Source of the DNA: Bacteroidales bacterium
GTDB lineage: Bacteria > Bacteroidota > Bacteroidia > Bacteroidales > UBA5342
Direction: 5' to 3'
Assembly: GCA_041584055.1 (NCBI GenBank)
Contig: JBFHER010000001.1
Coordinates: forward strand, 17,143-81,142
DNA: 64,000 nucleotides
Shown here one piece after another: positions 40,101 to 49,039 of the stretch. The position numbers and the translations under genes are program-made. How positions within the stretch are numbered: position 1 is the stretch's first letter; each line of letters starts with the position of its first letter. The notes below the pieces were generated by a model. That model was given only the letters and a program-made list of their open reading frames with translations, ran no database searches and was not told the origin of the DNA.

Positions 40101-40688
40101 ACAAAGAAAGTTAAAGTGAAATCGCTACCAGAGCCAATGGAATTAAGAGATGCCTGGCAGCTGCAATTTCCTAATTTTGAACACACAAGCTTTGATGAGC
40201 TGATTTCCTGGGCAGCATCGCCTGACGATAATATCCGCTACTTTTCAGGAACAGCAACTTATAAAAAGGATTTTACAGTTTCCAAAGCGATGCTGAAGGA
40301 CGACACTTCATTGGAGTTGGATCTTGGGAGTGTGAAAGAAATTGCTGAGGTTATTGTGAATGGGCACAACCTGGGGGTTTTATGGAAAGCTCCTTACAGA
40401 ATGAATATGGATAAAGTGCTTAAAGAAGGAAACAATACGCTGGAAGTACGGGTAACTAACCTGTGGCCTAACCGTTTGATTGGCGATGAGCAGTTCCCTT
40501 TAGATTATGAACGAAAAGGGCCAAACCTGAAACAATGGCCCGAGTGGCTTTTGAATAATAACACCCGCCCAACTGAACGTACTACTTTTGCTGCGTTTAA
40601 ACATTGGCATAAAGACTCAGAATTGCTGCCATCTGGTTTATTGGGACCAGTGAAAATTGTGGTTTTTAAGGTCCTGGAAATTGAATGA
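37179..40688 (+). CDS. GH106-like glycoside hydrolase (putative alpha-L-rhamnosidase) with two inserted tandem beta-modules and a C-terminal jelly-roll domain
   Basis: 'FQNPPSSAKAIVWWHWINGN'. C-terminus 'YFSGTATYKKDF...VTNLWPNRLIGDEQ...LLPSGLLGPVKIV'. Paralogous along its length to 29904-32771 but about 185 aa longer. Confidence 0.65.
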   Translation: MDNRVMKIILKALLSKTIFIALLLNVLLSDIEAQNTSLEHQFQNPPSSAKAIVWWHWINGNVNKENITADLEAMKEIGIQGAQLFDVSLGQPEGPISYLSTEWLELFNFAALEAQRLGLDLAFHNCAGWSSTGGPSITPEYAMQKLVYTETLHQGDHLFKAQLAQPETNLGYYKDIAILAFPKPQHDERINDLDFKSLAGKVRNHLAPDDKTVSEQAVVKKSDIIDLTSRVRIDGSLEWEAPEGEWVILRLGHTPTGMMNRFPSHGGRGLECDKMNRQAVDVFWEGGIQPIINRLDTLIGTVVKKCHIDSYEVGTANWTSNFANEFKKLRAYNCRSYLPALAGYYVESGEETERFLWDFRRTIGDLMAEHYYGRFSELCHQHGMIFSTEPYWGPFDNMQVGATADLVMSEFWSGSLAFFDSPKFVASIAKLNGSTIAEAEAFTAMGGWNEHPASLKAMGDMAWAQGINRFVFHSYVHQPWEVAPGLTLGPFGIDFNRLNTWWDQGKPFIDYIARGQFLLQQGTSVADVLVFTGEASPNDGLLIPELKAMGYDYDLIGKNKLDVLSVKDGLICTPLGDSYQALVIPKTNWLTPEVLNIIDKLVKSGATIIGSKPTKSPGLQNYPECDQQVAQLAEYLWGSNLIRDGSVVDFLKNGTLLPDFSIEKGSREEIDYLHRRTKEEDIYFVANARRENRKESCCFRVSGKVPELWNAETGTLSQASVWQDNGDGTTTVDIPFDSEGSVFVVFRKPVSSDEHIVRTSMILHKPALKPLLNLEIIKAEYGTFLPDGLVDVTEIVKHKVQDNSLIVEATRSLCDGDPAPGYHKELRIQYRINNVILEKNAMEKEWLEIVNAERGELEIMKAVFGKFERGVDGIPPNKPIYDVTEKVKAQIANGTLEIPINDAFVKDKPGFNTTHALRITYTTKSGEFTRTVPQGSVLSLNQDMSPSQLINKNGKAIWRTPYPGTLKYTTSLGKTKKVKVKSLPEPMELRDAWQLQFPNFEHTSFDELISWAASPDDNIRYFSGTATYKKDFTVSKAMLKDDTSLELDLGSVKEIAEVIVNGHNLGVLWKAPYRMNMDKVLKEGNNTLEVRVTNLWPNRLIGDEQFPLDYERKGPNLKQWPEWLLNNNTRPTERTTFAAFKHWHKDSELLPSGLLGPVKIVVFKVLEIE

Positions 40689-40705
40689 TAAATTAAAATA
40701 ATGAT

Positions 40706-43012
40706 ATGAGATTAATTGTAATCTTCTTTTTGTGTCTCAACACTTTTGTACAGGCCATTGAAGTGAAAGATTTAAAATGTGAGTCTGAAACAAATCCCAT
40801 AGGAATAACAACAGCAAGACCTGGCTTTAGCTGGACTTTCGTTGGTGATGATAAAAGTCCGCAACAAGGGGGTTTTCGTATTCTGATGGCCTCAAGTATT
40901 GAGAAATTAAAGTATCCTGATATTTGGGATACAGGACCAACCAGTAAGTCTGAAACAGGACCTTATCTCTACCTTGGAGAACCATTAAAGTCCGGTCAGA
41001 AAGTTTACTGGCAGGTAAGTGTCTGGGGTAATAACAGAGGGGTGGTGCATAGCGAACCCGCCTGGTTTACTATGGGTGAAATCGTGAATCCTGAAAAATC
41101 TTTTGAGCCGCCGGTTTTTGAGCAAAAAGATGGGGTAGTGAGAATTACCCTGAATCCCAAAGATAATGGAAGAACCTTTGAAGGTATTGGCGGGGTAAGT
41201 GCCGGCGCATCAAGCGATTTATTATACGATTACAAGGATCCATATCGCAGTCAAATACTTGATATTCTGTTCAAACCAAAATTTGGTGCTGCTTTTCAGC
41301 ATTTGAAAGTTGAAATGGGTGGAGGCGAAAATTCAACCTGTGGATCAGAACCCTCGCATGCAATTACACGTGAAGAGCTAAAAAATCCCGTTTCGCGTGG
41401 TTATGAATTTTGGTTGATGAAAGAAGCGAAGAAACGAAATTCGGATATGATTTTAGAGTACCTGCCATGGAGTTTTCCTGGTTACCTAAAAGAAAACATT
41501 TTTACCAGGGAGTCGGCAGAATATTTTGTGAGTTTTATGGATGTGGCAAAACGAGAATGGGATTTGGATATTGATTGGGTAGCAGCAGCTGAAAACGAGA
41601 ACGATACCGATAGAGATTGGTTGGTGAACGAAGTTCGCCCCATGTTGGATGCCCGGGGTTATGAAAATGTGAAGATTCAAGGACCGGATGATAATAGTGG
41701 CGATTGGCAAATTTTTGAAGAATTTGATGGTGATCCTGAATTTGATAAGGTGGTAGAGGCTGTAGGATACCACTATGTGACAGGCCGCGAGTTTACCGAA
41801 GATATGGTGGATGGTCGTGGTCGTCCTACTACAAAGAAAGCCAAAGCATCGGACAAACCCCTATGGGCCAGTGAGGATTGGAGCTGGACCGGAAAAGACT
41901 GGGGCGGTGCCGGTGCACTTAACCTTGCACGCATTTACAATAAGTTTTACATTCGTGATCAGATTACAAAAACGCTTATATGGGCTCCCATTGGTTCGAT
42001 TTATAAATCGGTGACCTGGGACAAAGCAGGAGCGATGAAAGCAAATAGCCCGTGGAGTGGCTACTACGAAGTGTGGCCAACCATTTGGGCTACGGCACAC
42101 ACCACCCAGTTTGCTGAACCTCATAGCTGGCAATATTTAGATGGAGCATGCGGACTTTTTGATGCTTCCACTTACAAAGGCAGCTGTGTTACTCTAAAAG
42201 AAAAAAACAGTTCAAACTGGAGTATGATTATCTGCACCGAAGAACCTGAAAAAATGGAGGTAAATATTAGCAAAGGCCTTTCGGATAAGATCGTACATGT
42301 CTGGAGATCCGATGAAAACGAGCAATTTATTCAGCAGAAGAGTATTCGTCCGAAAAATGGGGTGTTTACCATTGAGCTGGACCCACTATGCATATATTCA
42401 TTAACAACTACCGATGGTCAGCAAAAAGGACAATATGAAATACCCGAAGAAGCAGCATTCCCATTCCCTTATAAGGAGGACTATGAGGATAGGGAAGCAG
42501 GCGATTTGCCAAAATATCATTCGGATCAAACAGGGAGCTTCGTCATTGCCAAAAGAGATGACGGTACAAACTGTTTAAAGCAAATAAACCCGGAACAAGG
42601 TTACGACTGGATGCGCGTTTACCGACGTTCAAATATTAAGCCTAATACTTTGATTGGAGATGTAAACTGGAAGGATTTTACGTGTAGTGTTGATGCTTTT
42701 ATAAAAGGCGGCAATGTAGAATTAGGTGGCAGGGTTCAGGGGAGTTATTTGAGAGGGGTTCGCTTTGTGCTCGAAAAAAGTGGGGACTGGAAACTTGTTT
42801 TTGATAAAGATATACTTTCAGAAGGAAGCATTGATGATTTTGATGGAGTTGTGTGGCACAACATAAAACTTCGGTTTGATGATAAAGAGATTCATGCCTT
42901 TGTTGATGAAGAATTCATGACCAAGGTGAACCATGAAAGTCAATCCGGGTATGTTTTATTGGGAAGCTCGTATGATGCTAACCTATTTGATAATTTGGTG
43001 ATATCAGATTGA
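40706..43012 (+). CDS. GH59 (galactocerebrosidase-like beta-galactosidase) fused to a GH78-type N-terminal module; C-terminal lectin-like domain
   Basis: '[61 protein letters not shown]' closely parallels the animal GALC segment '[49 protein letters not shown]' (quoted from memory). '[10 protein letters not shown]' matches the GALC nucleophile context. The first ~110 aa, '[45 protein letters not shown]', are the GH78 N-terminal module. Confidence 0.8.
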   Translation: [768 protein letters not shown]

Positions 43013-43085
43013 AAATCTCAAATCAATAATGCGTTTAATCTAAGTTCGAAATAAAATATTGGATTCAGAGAGCTTTTAAGAAGGG

Positions 43086-44579
43086 ATGTTGAATAGAAAT
43101 AAATTAAAAGTTATGACAGAAAGGTATTTAGCTATTGTAATAATACTGGTTGCAGCATTCAGCTCTTGCAAAAAGCAGGAACAAGTTAGCAAACCCAACG
43201 TTGTTTATATCCTCACCGACCAATGGCGTGCACAGGCGCTTGGGTATGCTGGCGATCCAAATGTGAAAACGCCTCAACTCGATAAATTTGCAAAAGAAGC
43301 AGTTAATTTTGCCAATGCTGTGTCGGTAGCTCCCGTTTGTACGCCACATCGTGCTGCATTGATGACGGGGCGCTATCCAACCAGTACAGGTATGTTTTTA
43401 AACGATCTTTACTTGCCAGATGAAGAATTGTGCATGGCAGAGATATTCAAAGCACAGGGCTATCAAACGGCACATGTTGGGGGGAAGTGGCACTTAGATG
43501 GTCACGGTCGGCTGAATAATGTAGCGCCGGAACGGCGTCAAGGGTTCGATTTTTGGATGGGGAACGAATGTTCGCACAATTACGCTAAAGAACCGTACTA
43601 CAAAAATGATGAACCCAATGTGAAATACTACGAAAGGTATTCTCCATATGCCATAGCCAATGCTGCCAACGACTATTTGACTAAAAATGCAGCAAGCGAA
43701 AAGCCCTTTTTACTTTTTATCTCCATCGGCACCCCTCATTTTCCACATCATTCAGCACCAAAAGAGATGAAGGAGATTTATCCAATGGAGGACCTGGTTT
43801 TGCCACCGAATGTGCCGCAGGAAGTGGAGGTACGAACACGCAAAGAGTTACAAGGCTATTATGGGCACTGCACGGCTACGGACAAAGCCATTGGCACCGT
43901 ATTGGATAAATTGAACGATTTGGAACTAATGAAGAATACCATTTTTGTTTTTACCGCTGATCACGGCGAAATGATGGGATCACACGGTGTTAATCCCTAT
44001 AAAAAACAGTTGGGTTGGGACGAATCCATCAAAGTACCTTTTCTTATTAGCTACCCATCCATTGGAAAGAACAGAGGTGCAGTGGTTAATGCACCCATCA
44101 ACACGCCTGATATTTTGCCATCACTGCTTGGCCTGGCTAATCTCAGTATTCCGGAAACCATAGAAGGAGAGGATATTTCAGAATTGATCAGAAATCCTGA
44201 CCCCTATGCTGACCGTACTGCCTTGGTTATGGGTGTTTGTCCTTTTGGTGGTAATATAAAGGATTCTGAATATCGTCTTATACGTACAAAACAGTATACC
44301 TACGAACGAACCTTAGAAGGGGCAAGCAAGCTTTTTGATAATCTCAATGATCCATATCAGATGAATAACCTTGTGAATAAACCGGATTTTGAAGCTTTAC
44401 AGAACGATTTAGATGACCGGCTCGAGGATGAACTGAATAAGATCGGAGATGCCTTTAAACCCCGGGAATACTATTTGAAGCACTGGCATTATACTTTAGA
44501 CGAAAAGAAAAATGCCATTGATTATTGGAGTTTTGAACGTGGAGAAGGTGTGGTTGTATCACCAGGTCCTGGAAAATGA
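43086..44579 (+). CDS. S1-family sulfatase, lipoprotein
   Basis: 'PNVVYILTDQWRAQ', 'CTPHRAALMTGRYP', 'GKWHLDG', 'FVFTADHGEMMG'. Paralog of 35311-36735. An alternative start is the ATG at 43113. Confidence 0.93.
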   Translation: MLNRNKLKVMTERYLAIVIILVAAFSSCKKQEQVSKPNVVYILTDQWRAQALGYAGDPNVKTPQLDKFAKEAVNFANAVSVAPVCTPHRAALMTGRYPTSTGMFLNDLYLPDEELCMAEIFKAQGYQTAHVGGKWHLDGHGRLNNVAPERRQGFDFWMGNECSHNYAKEPYYKNDEPNVKYYERYSPYAIANAANDYLTKNAASEKPFLLFISIGTPHFPHHSAPKEMKEIYPMEDLVLPPNVPQEVEVRTRKELQGYYGHCTATDKAIGTVLDKLNDLELMKNTIFVFTADHGEMMGSHGVNPYKKQLGWDESIKVPFLISYPSIGKNRGAVVNAPINTPDILPSLLGLANLSIPETIEGEDISELIRNPDPYADRTALVMGVCPFGGNIKDSEYRLIRTKQYTYERTLEGASKLFDNLNDPYQMNNLVNKPDFEALQNDLDDRLEDELNKIGDAFKPREYYLKHWHYTLDEKKNAIDYWSFERGEGVVVSPGPGK

Positions 44580-44909
44580 ATCGCATTAAACAAATGTTAC
44601 ATTTTGCAACATACATTCATGGATGACCAGTTTTTACAATAAATAGTTCAAATAGTTCAAAAGCCTGTTTGTGTTATAACTTATTTTTGATATGGTAAAA
44701 AAGTAACCAAAGGGATGTCTGGGTTGTTTGAACTTTTGAAGTTATAACGATTTAATAGTGAAAAGTGCCTTATATTTTTTGATGCTCAGGACAGGATGCT
44801 TAACTTGATAAAGCACAATCATTATTCTAAGGGCTTTAGCCCAAACCTTACACAAGGCGCAGTTTAGGATATAACATGGTATTACATGCCTAAAAAAGAT
44901 GGGAGAAAT

Positions 44910-45761
44910 ATGAAAAAAATAATATTCGTTTTGACTTTAGCCTTTGTGGCAAATGCAGTATTTTCTTCTCAAAAAATAAATCCTCCCAAAGGCAGAATAG
45001 CCATTGTTGCAGATGGTAATTCTCCCGACCCAGATGATTTGGGTGGTACCGCGGTGTCAATTGCTTTGTTGCGAGCTTCAGGTTTAGAAGATCGTTTGGT
45101 GCATTATTCCTATTGCTGCGACTTAATCGTAGGAAGCAGAATTTCGGAAGAGGCAGAATTGGAACGACACGCAATGATGCAAACTGCTTGTAATGGTACT
45201 GCAAGACGCTGGGGTGGCTTTGAAGGTCTTCCTTTTTATGATGCCAGGTGGCAATTGGACCAAACCATAAAAGATTTGAGCAAAGCAATTAACGTATCTA
45301 CAGAAGAAGATCCGCTTTGGATTGTGGAGGCAGGTGAGCCTGATATCATTGGTTTTGCGTTGGCATCATCTAACAAAGAAAAACATCAATTTGTGAAGGT
45401 GGTATCACACCACCCCGCTAACGATAATGCCGGCGATTTTTACCGTTGGCAGGACATCCTCGATTTTGGTGTGGAGCAAGTTCGCATTCCCGATCAAAAT
45501 ATAAACTTAAAAGTTGAAAAAACGAAGTGGGACTGGGCCATGAATCATCCGGATGACCGCATACAATTTGTGTGGTTGATGGGCAAAATGGCCGAAGTAG
45601 ATGATGTGGTGAAATTTCAAAAAGGAAAGTGGGATTGCTCCGATGCAGGGATGGTCCTTTACTGGATTACGGGAGCAAACGTTAATCATGGATTAAAACA
45701 AGGTACAGTTGAGAATGTCAAAAATTTACTTTTGAATTTCATTGAAAGCAATCCGAAATAG
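44910..45761 (+). CDS. Secreted hypothetical protein with a nucleoside-hydrolase-like N-terminal motif
   Basis: Signal peptide 'MKKIIFVLTLAFVANAVFS' from the ATG at 44910 (track start is 44886). 'IAIVADGNSPDPDDLGGTAVSIALL' resembles the DxDxxxDD fingerprint of IU-nucleoside-hydrolase and Sde182-NH-like folds. No other motif recognised. Confidence 0.45.
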   Translation: MKKIIFVLTLAFVANAVFSSQKINPPKGRIAIVADGNSPDPDDLGGTAVSIALLRASGLEDRLVHYSYCCDLIVGSRISEEAELERHAMMQTACNGTARRWGGFEGLPFYDARWQLDQTIKDLSKAINVSTEEDPLWIVEAGEPDIIGFALASSNKEKHQFVKVVSHHPANDNAGDFYRWQDILDFGVEQVRIPDQNINLKVEKTKWDWAMNHPDDRIQFVWLMGKMAEVDDVVKFQKGKWDCSDAGMVLYWITGANVNHGLKQGTVENVKNLLLNFIESNPK

Positions 45762-45812
45762 AAGTGATAAAATCTTGCAAGGTTGATATTAGCGTTGCTA
45801 AATACAGAATAA

Positions 45813-47561
45813 ATGATTAAAACAATGTTAAAAATGGGAATAAAGATGAGCATCGTGCTATCCTTAATATTTTTTCCCGCCTGTCAAAACAATACTGAAC
45901 AGAATAAATCTAAAGTGCTTGATTACACGAGTCTTCAACTGGAGGAGAAGCCCAATATTCTTTGGTTGGTTACCGAAGATATGTGTGCTTACCTTCCTGC
46001 TTTTGGCGATTCAACCATAAAAACACCGAACCTCAGCCGTCTTGCTGCCGAAGGGATAATTTATCCCAACTTATACTCAGTGGCGGGCGTTTGTGCACCA
46101 AGCAGAGCAGCCATCGCAACAGGGATGTATCCCACAAGCATTGGCGCCAGTAATATGCGCACAAATTCTGATACGCAGGAAACAGGATTAAGGGCTTACG
46201 AAGCCATTCCACCAGGCAATGTGAAAATGCTGAGTGAATGGCTCAGAAAACAAGGTTACTATTGTACCAATAACTATAAAACAGATTATCAGTTTAAACA
46301 TCCTCTCACAGCCTGGGATGAGAGTAGTCCTTATGCACATTGGCGTAACAGGGCTGAAGGACAACCATTTTATGCCGTTTTTAATTTTACCGAAACGCAT
46401 GAGTCAGGCTTATTTGAGCCATATGGATTCAGACATATTGAAACAAGGCACTACCATGAAGGTGACCGGGATTATACCTGGAATGACGACCGAATGACGG
46501 AGGAAGAAACACCTGTTCACTTACCTAAAGATACCAAATTTAAGATTCCGCCATATTTGCCCGATAACGATGTGGTACGCCGGGATTTCTGGAAAGAATA
46601 CAACAACATTGCGGAGATGGACAGACAAGTTGGTGCTGTATTGAAGCAGTTGGAAGAGGATGGCCTTTTGGAAAATACTATCATCTTCTTCTATGGAGAT
46701 CATGGCGGCCCTTATCCCAGACAAAAGCGTTTAGTTTATGATTCAGGCCTTAACACACCTATGATCATTCGACTTCCTGATAAACAATTGGCAGGAAGTA
46801 AAGACAATCAGCTGATTAGTTTTGTTGACTTTGCTCCAACACTTCTTTCATTGGTGGGCATTGCTCCGCCCAGCTATTTGCAGGGACATGCATTTATGGG
46901 AAGATACGCCGCAAAACAGAAACGTCAATACATTCATGCTGCTGCCGACAGGTTTGATGCAGAGACAGATGCCATCCGCGCTGTACGTGACAAGCAGTAT
47001 AAATACATCCGCAACTATCGCCCCCAACAGGGGTATTATTTACCTGTAGCTTTTCGCGAGAGGATTCCAACCATGCAGGAATTACTGCGTTTGCGAGACG
47101 AAGGTCAGCTGGATAGTGTTCAGGCACAATGGTTTCGCGAGAGCAAGCCAACAGAAGAGTTGTTTGATTGTAATGCAGATCCACATGAAATATATAATAT
47201 CGCTGATCTTCCTGAGTATCAGGAGAAATTGGTAGAGTTAAGACTTGAGATGGACCGATGGATTCAGGAGATAGGAGATCAACCTAATCTGCCCGAGGCC
47301 GAACTCATTTCCCAATTATGGAATGGCGCCGAGAAGCAACCTGTAACTGCAGAGCCAATCATCCTGGTCAACGATGGAAAAATTGAAATTTCTTGTGCCA
47401 CTGATGGCGCATCGATTGGCTATAAAATTATTGATGCTGACGGTGTGGAACCTATGGCGTGGTCTGTTTATCAGGGGCCTTTTGATATTCACAAAGCAGC
47501 ATATGTTAAGGTGATGGCCCACCGAATTGGATTCAAAGAAAGTAGGGTCATACTACATTAA
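45813..47561 (+). CDS. S1-family sulfatase, lipoprotein, with C-terminal extra domain
   Basis: '[11 protein letters not shown]', '[14 protein letters not shown]', '[10 protein letters not shown]'. About 80 aa of C-terminal beta-rich extension. Confidence 0.93.
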   Translation: MIKTMLKMGIKMSIVLSLIFFPACQNNTEQNKSKVLDYTSLQLEEKPNILWLVTEDMCAYLPAFGDSTIKTPNLSRLAAEGIIYPNLYSVAGVCAPSRAAIATGMYPTSIGASNMRTNSDTQETGLRAYEAIPPGNVKMLSEWLRKQGYYCTNNYKTDYQFKHPLTAWDESSPYAHWRNRAEGQPFYAVFNFTETHESGLFEPYGFRHIETRHYHEGDRDYTWNDDRMTEEETPVHLPKDTKFKIPPYLPDNDVVRRDFWKEYNNIAEMDRQVGAVLKQLEEDGLLENTIIFFYGDHGGPYPRQKRLVYDSGLNTPMIIRLPDKQLAGSKDNQLISFVDFAPTLLSLVGIAPPSYLQGHAFMGRYAAKQKRQYIHAAADRFDAETDAIRAVRDKQYKYIRNYRPQQGYYLPVAFRERIPTMQELLRLRDEGQLDSVQAQWFRESKPTEELFDCNADPHEIYNIADLPEYQEKLVELRLEMDRWIQEIGDQPNLPEAELISQLWNGAEKQPVTAEPIILVNDGKIEISCATDGASIGYKIIDADGVEPMAWSVYQGPFDIHKAAYVKVMAHRIGFKESRVILH

Positions 47562-47580
47562 CCCAGAGAAAAATAAAAAA

Positions 47581-49017
47581 ATGAAAAATACATTCGTAAT
47601 CCTGATTCTGTCACTTATGAACTGCTGCATTGTTTTTGCAGGCGAAAAACAGCCCAATGTAGTTGTTTTTCTTGTTGACGATCTGAGAACTGAATTAGCT
47701 TGTTATGGCAGTCAAACCGTAAAGAGTCCGCATATAGATGCACTGGCAAAAGATGGGGTGAGATTTACCAATGCTTACTGTCAGGAGGCCATTTGTGCGC
47801 CTTCAAGAATGAGCATTCTAACGGGCCTGCGTCCTGAAACCATAGGCATTTATTCAATATTCACCCCGCTTCGCAAAAAACATAAAGACATGGTGACCAT
47901 GCCTCAGTTTTTTAAAAAGAATGGTTATACCACGGTAAGCGTCGGGAAAGTATATCACCATACAAATGATGATAAGGAAAGCTGGAGTATTCATATTCCA
48001 AAGGAGAATAATTCCTGGGTGAAACCAGCAAATATTGCATTGATTGATAGCCTTAACAAAGCGGGCGTAAAGAGGAATGGCCCAGCATACGAATGTGTTG
48101 ATGTAGAGGATGATGCTTACAAGGATGGTCGATCCGCCAATCATGCCATCACAGCGCTCCGAAAGATTAAAAACGATAGGTTTCTGATGTTTGTGGGAAT
48201 GAGTAAACCACATCTTCCATTCAATGCCCCTAAAAAATATTGGGATTTATATGATAAAAATGATTTTGTGGTGCCTGCAAGGGAGGAGCCCAAAGGTATG
48301 AATAAACTGGCTCTCACCAGTTGGGGCGAATTGCGAGGCTATTATGGAATTCCTGAGGAAGGCCACTTAGATGATGCAACAACCATCGATTTAATACATG
48401 GATACCATGCCTGCGTCAGTTATATCGATGCACAGATAGGGAAAGTTATGAAAGCATTGGAAGACCTTGGATTAAGGGAAAATACAATGGTGATTCTGAT
48501 GAGTGACCACGGGTGGAAGCTAGGTGAATATGGCGCATGGTGTAAGCATACCAACTTCGAACTGGATGTAAACGTGCCTTTAATTGTTAGCCGTGAAACA
48601 AGTAATGAAAAGAGAAAAACCAATGTAACTTCCGATGCACTTGTTGAAAATGTGGACCTGTTCGCAACACTGGCTGATTATTGCGGATTTGCAACGCACC
48701 CTTTGGAAGGTAAAAGTTTTCTTCCTTTACTGGACAGGCCCAACAAAAAATGGGACTCTGCTGCTTATAGTTTGTACCCGCGTGGTGAAAAATACATGGG
48801 TTGCACCTGCTCTGATGGTGAATGGAGGTACACAGAGTGGCGTAATATCAATGGAGAGGTGGGTGTAGAATTGTACAATCACAGCGCAAGTTCACTGGCG
48901 AACGAAAATTTTTCCGGAACCCCAAAGTTTAAAAAAGTTGAAAAACGGATGAAACAACTGTTGGAAGTTCAATTTCCATCCGATAGGAAATCATTTTATA
49001 CTGAAAATGATGATTAA
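47581..49017 (+). CDS. S1-family sulfatase, iduronate-2-sulfatase-like
   Basis: '[61 protein letters not shown]' parallels the human IDS N-terminus. '[16 protein letters not shown]'. '[12 protein letters not shown]'. The ATG at 47581 removes the 35-nt overlap produced by the track start at 47527. Confidence 0.92.
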   Translation: MKNTFVILILSLMNCCIVFAGEKQPNVVVFLVDDLRTELACYGSQTVKSPHIDALAKDGVRFTNAYCQEAICAPSRMSILTGLRPETIGIYSIFTPLRKKHKDMVTMPQFFKKNGYTTVSVGKVYHHTNDDKESWSIHIPKENNSWVKPANIALIDSLNKAGVKRNGPAYECVDVEDDAYKDGRSANHAITALRKIKNDRFLMFVGMSKPHLPFNAPKKYWDLYDKNDFVVPAREEPKGMNKLALTSWGELRGYYGIPEEGHLDDATTIDLIHGYHACVSYIDAQIGKVMKALEDLGLRENTMVILMSDHGWKLGEYGAWCKHTNFELDVNVPLIVSRETSNEKRKTNVTSDALVENVDLFATLADYCGFATHPLEGKSFLPLLDRPNKKWDSAAYSLYPRGEKYMGCTCSDGEWRYTEWRNINGEVGVELYNHSASSLANENFSGTPKFKKVEKRMKQLLEVQFPSDRKSFYTENDD

Positions 49018-49039
49018 TATTAAGGCTATTAATAAAGAT

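Noticed and set aside
44890-45288. 132-aa minus-strand ORF opposite the nucleoside-hydrolase-like gene
   Set aside because: The + strand ORF has a clean signal peptide and an ordered sequence. The minus-strand product has neither signal nor motif and would end in the upstream gap without a plausible promoter or start context.
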